NCBI GenBank assembly: GCA_002269645.1
Contig: NIVC01000621.1
Coordinates: 372,001 to 436,000 of the forward strand
Source of the DNA: Macrostomum lignano
Taxonomy: Eukaryota
DNA length: 64,000 nt
Direction of reading: 5' to 3'
A program made the translations under genes and the position numbers. The notes under the pieces are model-generated. The model was not told the origin of the DNA, made no database searches, and was given only the letters and a program-made list of their open reading frames with translations. Shown piece after piece: positions 60,472 to 64,000 of the stretch. Each line of letters starts with the position of its first letter. The first letter of the stretch is position 1.

Positions 60472-63400
60472 TCATTTATAAATTTTCGGCCCCTCTTTAG
60501 CCTCACGTGGATGCCTCCTGAAGGCTAGGAAGTCCCTCTGGCCGGCGGGCTGGCCGGCAGACACAGGCTGGCCGGCCGAGGCAGGTTGGCCGGCAGACAC
60601 AGGCTGGCCGGCAGACACAGGCTGGCCGGCCGAGGCAGGTTGGCTGGCTGAGGCAGGTTGGCCGGCTGAGGCAGGTTGGCCGGCTGAGGCAGGTTGGCCG
60701 GCTGAGGCAGGCTGGCCGGCTGAGGCAGGCTGGCCGGCAGAGGCAGGCTGGCCGGCAGAGGCAGGCTGGCCGGCTGAGGCAGGCTGGCCGGCTGAGGCAG
60801 GTTGGCCGGCTGAGGCAGGTTGGCCGGCAGAGGCAGGTTGGCTGATAGGTCGCAGATGCGTTACATGGCGCATGCAGGACTGTCGCCCTCGCTCTAAGAT
60901 GCAGGTGTCTCCTCGAACTTCCTTTACCGTCCATGGCAGAGGCTCGAAAGGCAGTTGCAGTTTGTTTCGCGTCTGTTGTTTGCGGAGCACTTGGTTGCCG
61001 GGTTGGATGCTGTGATCCTTCACTGCGTTGCGCGTGTCAAATTGCTGCTTCATGCTGTCGGCATACTTGCGATTCCAGGCTCTAACAGTGTCGTGGACCT
61101 CACCGGCTGTTGGAACGAACGGTTTGCTAGTCGGGATTCCGTCGTTGATTTTTCTGCCCATTAGAAGCTCTGTAGGAGTGCGTCCGGTAGCCCTGTGTGG
61201 TGTCGTGCGGAAAGCCAGCAGCCAGTCTTCGATGGCTTCTCTCCAATTGCGACCTTCAGAAACTGCGGTTTTCACTGCTTTGCCGATGCTTCGATTGAGG
61301 CGCTCGGTGGCCCCATTGGACTCCGGATGCAGCGGGCAGATGAGGCGATGATGGACTCCGAAGTCGGCTAGAAAGCTTCGAAAATCGGCCGAACTGAAAG
61401 GAGGCCCATTGTCTGTCACGACTTCGACTGGAACGCCGTGCCTGCTGAAAAGTCTCCTCAGATGCGGTTTTACACTCTCTGCTGTTGTCGAGCTCAAAAT
61501 GTTGATCTCCGGGTATTTAGAATACAGGTCCGTGGTAACTAGAAGCATTTGGCCTTGGACAGGTCCGAAGAAGTCCATTCCAAGTTGCTGCCAGGGACCC
61601 TCGGGTAACTTTGTCGGTCTCAGAGGTGTCTGATTGGTAAGAGTGTCCGACGCTTGACAAGGAATGCAGCATTTCACGAAGGCACCACAGTCACTGCGCA
61701 TCCCTGGCCACCAGACTTTGGTCTGCAGACGCTTGAGTGTTCGATCGGCACCAAGATGTCCGGTGTGGGCCAGTTGCAAAATTGGTCTCCGTAGTGACTC
61801 TGGGACGACAATGAGGTCTCCTCGAAGTAGCATTCCATTGTCTTCTGTCAGTTCGCTGCTGATGGCTTTTAGTGCGCGTTGTACCGAGTCGTGTGTGTTC
61901 CAGTTTCCTGTCTTGATGGCGCTCAGCGCGGCTTGAATTCCTGCGTCTGTCTTTGCTGCGTCTCGGATTTGTTCCGCACTGAAACCTTTTGGCACGGCTC
62001 CTGTTGATACAGCGTTGACGTATGCGGTGTCGAAGACCTCTCCCCAGTTTTTCCTGAGCTCTGGAAGCGGTTGGCGGCTTAGTAGATCAGCTGGGTTGGA
62101 CGGCCCTGGTCTGTACACCAAGTTGAAGCGGAGGTGTTGAATTCGAAGAACCATGCGTTCAATCCGTGGTGGCGGGCGGGATCCCGGTCTGAAGAGTGGC
62201 AGGAGCGGTCGGTGGTCGGTCACCACTGTAAAACTTGGATCACCAGCCAGGTAGTTTTCGAACTTCAAGCAGCCAAATTTGATAGCCAGCGCCTCCCGCT
62301 CAATCTGGGCGTACCGCTGCTAAACTTGTGACAGCGCTCTGCTGGCGTAAGCCACTGGTCTGCAGATTCCGTCCGGCTGCTTTTGTGTCAGAATCGCACC
62401 AAGTCCGATTGGCGATGCGTCAACTATAAGCTCTGTTTGGTGTTTGCGGTCGAAAAAGGCAAGAGTTTCTGCCTTACTGATGATCGATTTGATCTCTTCG
62501 AAGGCTTTTGAGTGGCTGGCAGTCCACTCGAATGTCTCCCCTTTCTTTGTTAATCTGCGCAGCGGTGCGGAGACATCAGCGAAGTTAGGTATGAATTTTG
62601 CCAGAAAGTTTGCTGTGCCTAGGAACGAGCGAACTTCGGATACGTTGGTCGGCTGTCTGAAGTGCTTCATAGCTTCGATCTTCTCATTAGCAGGCTGCAC
62701 TCCCTTTGCAGATAGGCGCATTCCCAAGAACTCGACAGCGGGGACGGCGAATTTGCACTTTTCTTTATTTAGCGTAATTCCGAATTCTTCGAGACGCTGC
62801 AGACAGGCTTCGAGTCTTTTGCAGTGCTCTTGCAGGTCCGAAGCGTATACGATGACGTCGTTGTGGACCCAACGAACACCATCGATTCCGCTAAGCACGC
62901 CGAGCATGACTCTTTGTAGGATTTCGGATGCATTCGTAAAGCCCATGCTCAGTCTTTTGAGGCGCATTAGTCCGAGCGGCGTGCTAAATGTGAAAAGGTG
63001 CCGGCTGTTCTCGTGCACTGGGATCTGGTAAAAGGCTTTACGAATATCTAGCTCGCTGAACAGCTTGGCTCCGGACATCTCCTCGGTGACCTCGTCCAAT
63101 GTCGGTATTTGTTGTTTTTCAGGGATGACATAGGCGTTTAGGTTGCGCAGGTTCTGGCAGATTCGGACTCCGCCATCGTCCTTTGGAACTACTACCATGC
63201 GGGCCACCCACGCGCAGGGTCCTTTTACTGGCTCGATGATATCTTGCCTTTCTAAGTCTTTCAGCTCCTTGATAACAGATTCTCGGAGATGCGCTGCAAC
63301 TCGGGCTGGCGGATGACACGCCGGGGCCGCGTTGTCCGACAGCTGAACTTCGACCTGCACGCCTTTGATGCATCCAATTCCGTCAAATACTTTTTTGTGC

Positions 63401-64000
63401 TGATGCAAGATGTCCTGAATATTCTGGCTTTCATACCCCTCGGCTGCCTTGACGTTGGAGTTGACATCTTCTGTCTGGCTGAGAATTGGCCGCTGGATAT
63501 GCAGGATTCCTAGCTCAAAGGCAGCTTGGCGTCCGAGTATCGTTAGACCGTCGCCGTCGAGAACGTGGAAAGGCACAGTTGCGCTAGCGGTACCTATTTT
63601 GATGCCTAAGCTCGCAGTACCGATGATTTTGAGAGGTTCGGGCGTTCCATATGCATGAACTTTTACCTTGGTGGTTCGAATTCGCTGATCATCCAGCTGT
63701 CGAAATGTTTTGATGCTCATGATACTGCAGCTGGCTCCGCTGTCCACCATCACCGGTAGCTTACAGTCTCCGATTTCGACAGTTAACGAGACGTCTGCTG
63801 GGTAGCTGCTGTCTTTGCACAAGCCAAAAACGTCTTCGCCGATGCTAGCATCGAAGTTTGGCTCCGGTGAGGTGCTCACTAGGTTAGCGCTGACTTGCGA
63901 TCGAATCGTGTTGTTACTCCAGCGTGCTTTGCGGCATGCTTTGGCTAGGTGATTGGTTTTTCCGCAGTTGAGGCAGATTTTTCCTCTCGCCAAGTCGCAT
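60472..64000 (-). pseudogene. Gypsy (Mag-like) gag-pol of element B: CCHC knuckle, protease, RT, RNase H, integrase; premature TAG at 62322-62320
   Basis: CLNCGKTNHLAKAC, VDSGAS, DIRKAFYQI, RT motif WVHND (D->N), VDASPIGLGA..YASRAL, HTGH..CIPC, GMDF, TDNGPPF, ESNGATE. ..ALSQV*QRYAQIE.. joins the two track ORFs in the same frame. Confidence 0.92.
60543..60846 (-). repeat. 18-bp in-frame repeat (ASAGQP)n in the tail of the element B integrase
   Basis: About 16 copies of GGCAGG(T/C)TGGCCGGC(T/A)GA. Confidence 0.9.

Overview
This is eukaryotic (metazoan) genomic DNA: GT-AG spliced genes, a (TTAGGG)n tract, and introns filled with minisatellites. The style is consistent with a flatworm such as Macrostomum, but that is inference only. 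I reconstructed these genes by hand: a 2-exon orphan (491-2447), an intronless low-complexity gene with an upstream RFX X-box (4064-5446, -), a 4-exon SLC22-type transporter (6975-12034), a 3-exon cysteamine dioxygenase ADO (15928-19531, -) and a 4-exon ankyrin-repeat gene (24290-31336). There is also a disrupted TRP-like 6-TM channel (33765-41650, -), split by a 6.4-kb hAT-type element that has grown a 21-bp satellite. The top candidate is a 3-exon, 1960-aa gene (46095-52622). It fuses divergent helical/ankyrin repeats and canonical ankyrins to a cGAS-like (Mab-21/cGLR) nucleotidyltransferase with apparently intact catalytic motifs and a C-terminal transmembrane helix. It lies head-to-head with the broken channel. 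The right end is a nest of LTR retrotransposons: one Gypsy element inserted in the integrase of another, plus a probable solo LTR. Two solo LTRs of the host family occur at 1645 and 43201. Also present are two inverted CORE-like SINEs, a foldback element with telomeric repeats and a candidate minimal hammerhead ribozyme. Most of the very long ORFs in the track are artefacts of stop-free tandem repeats.
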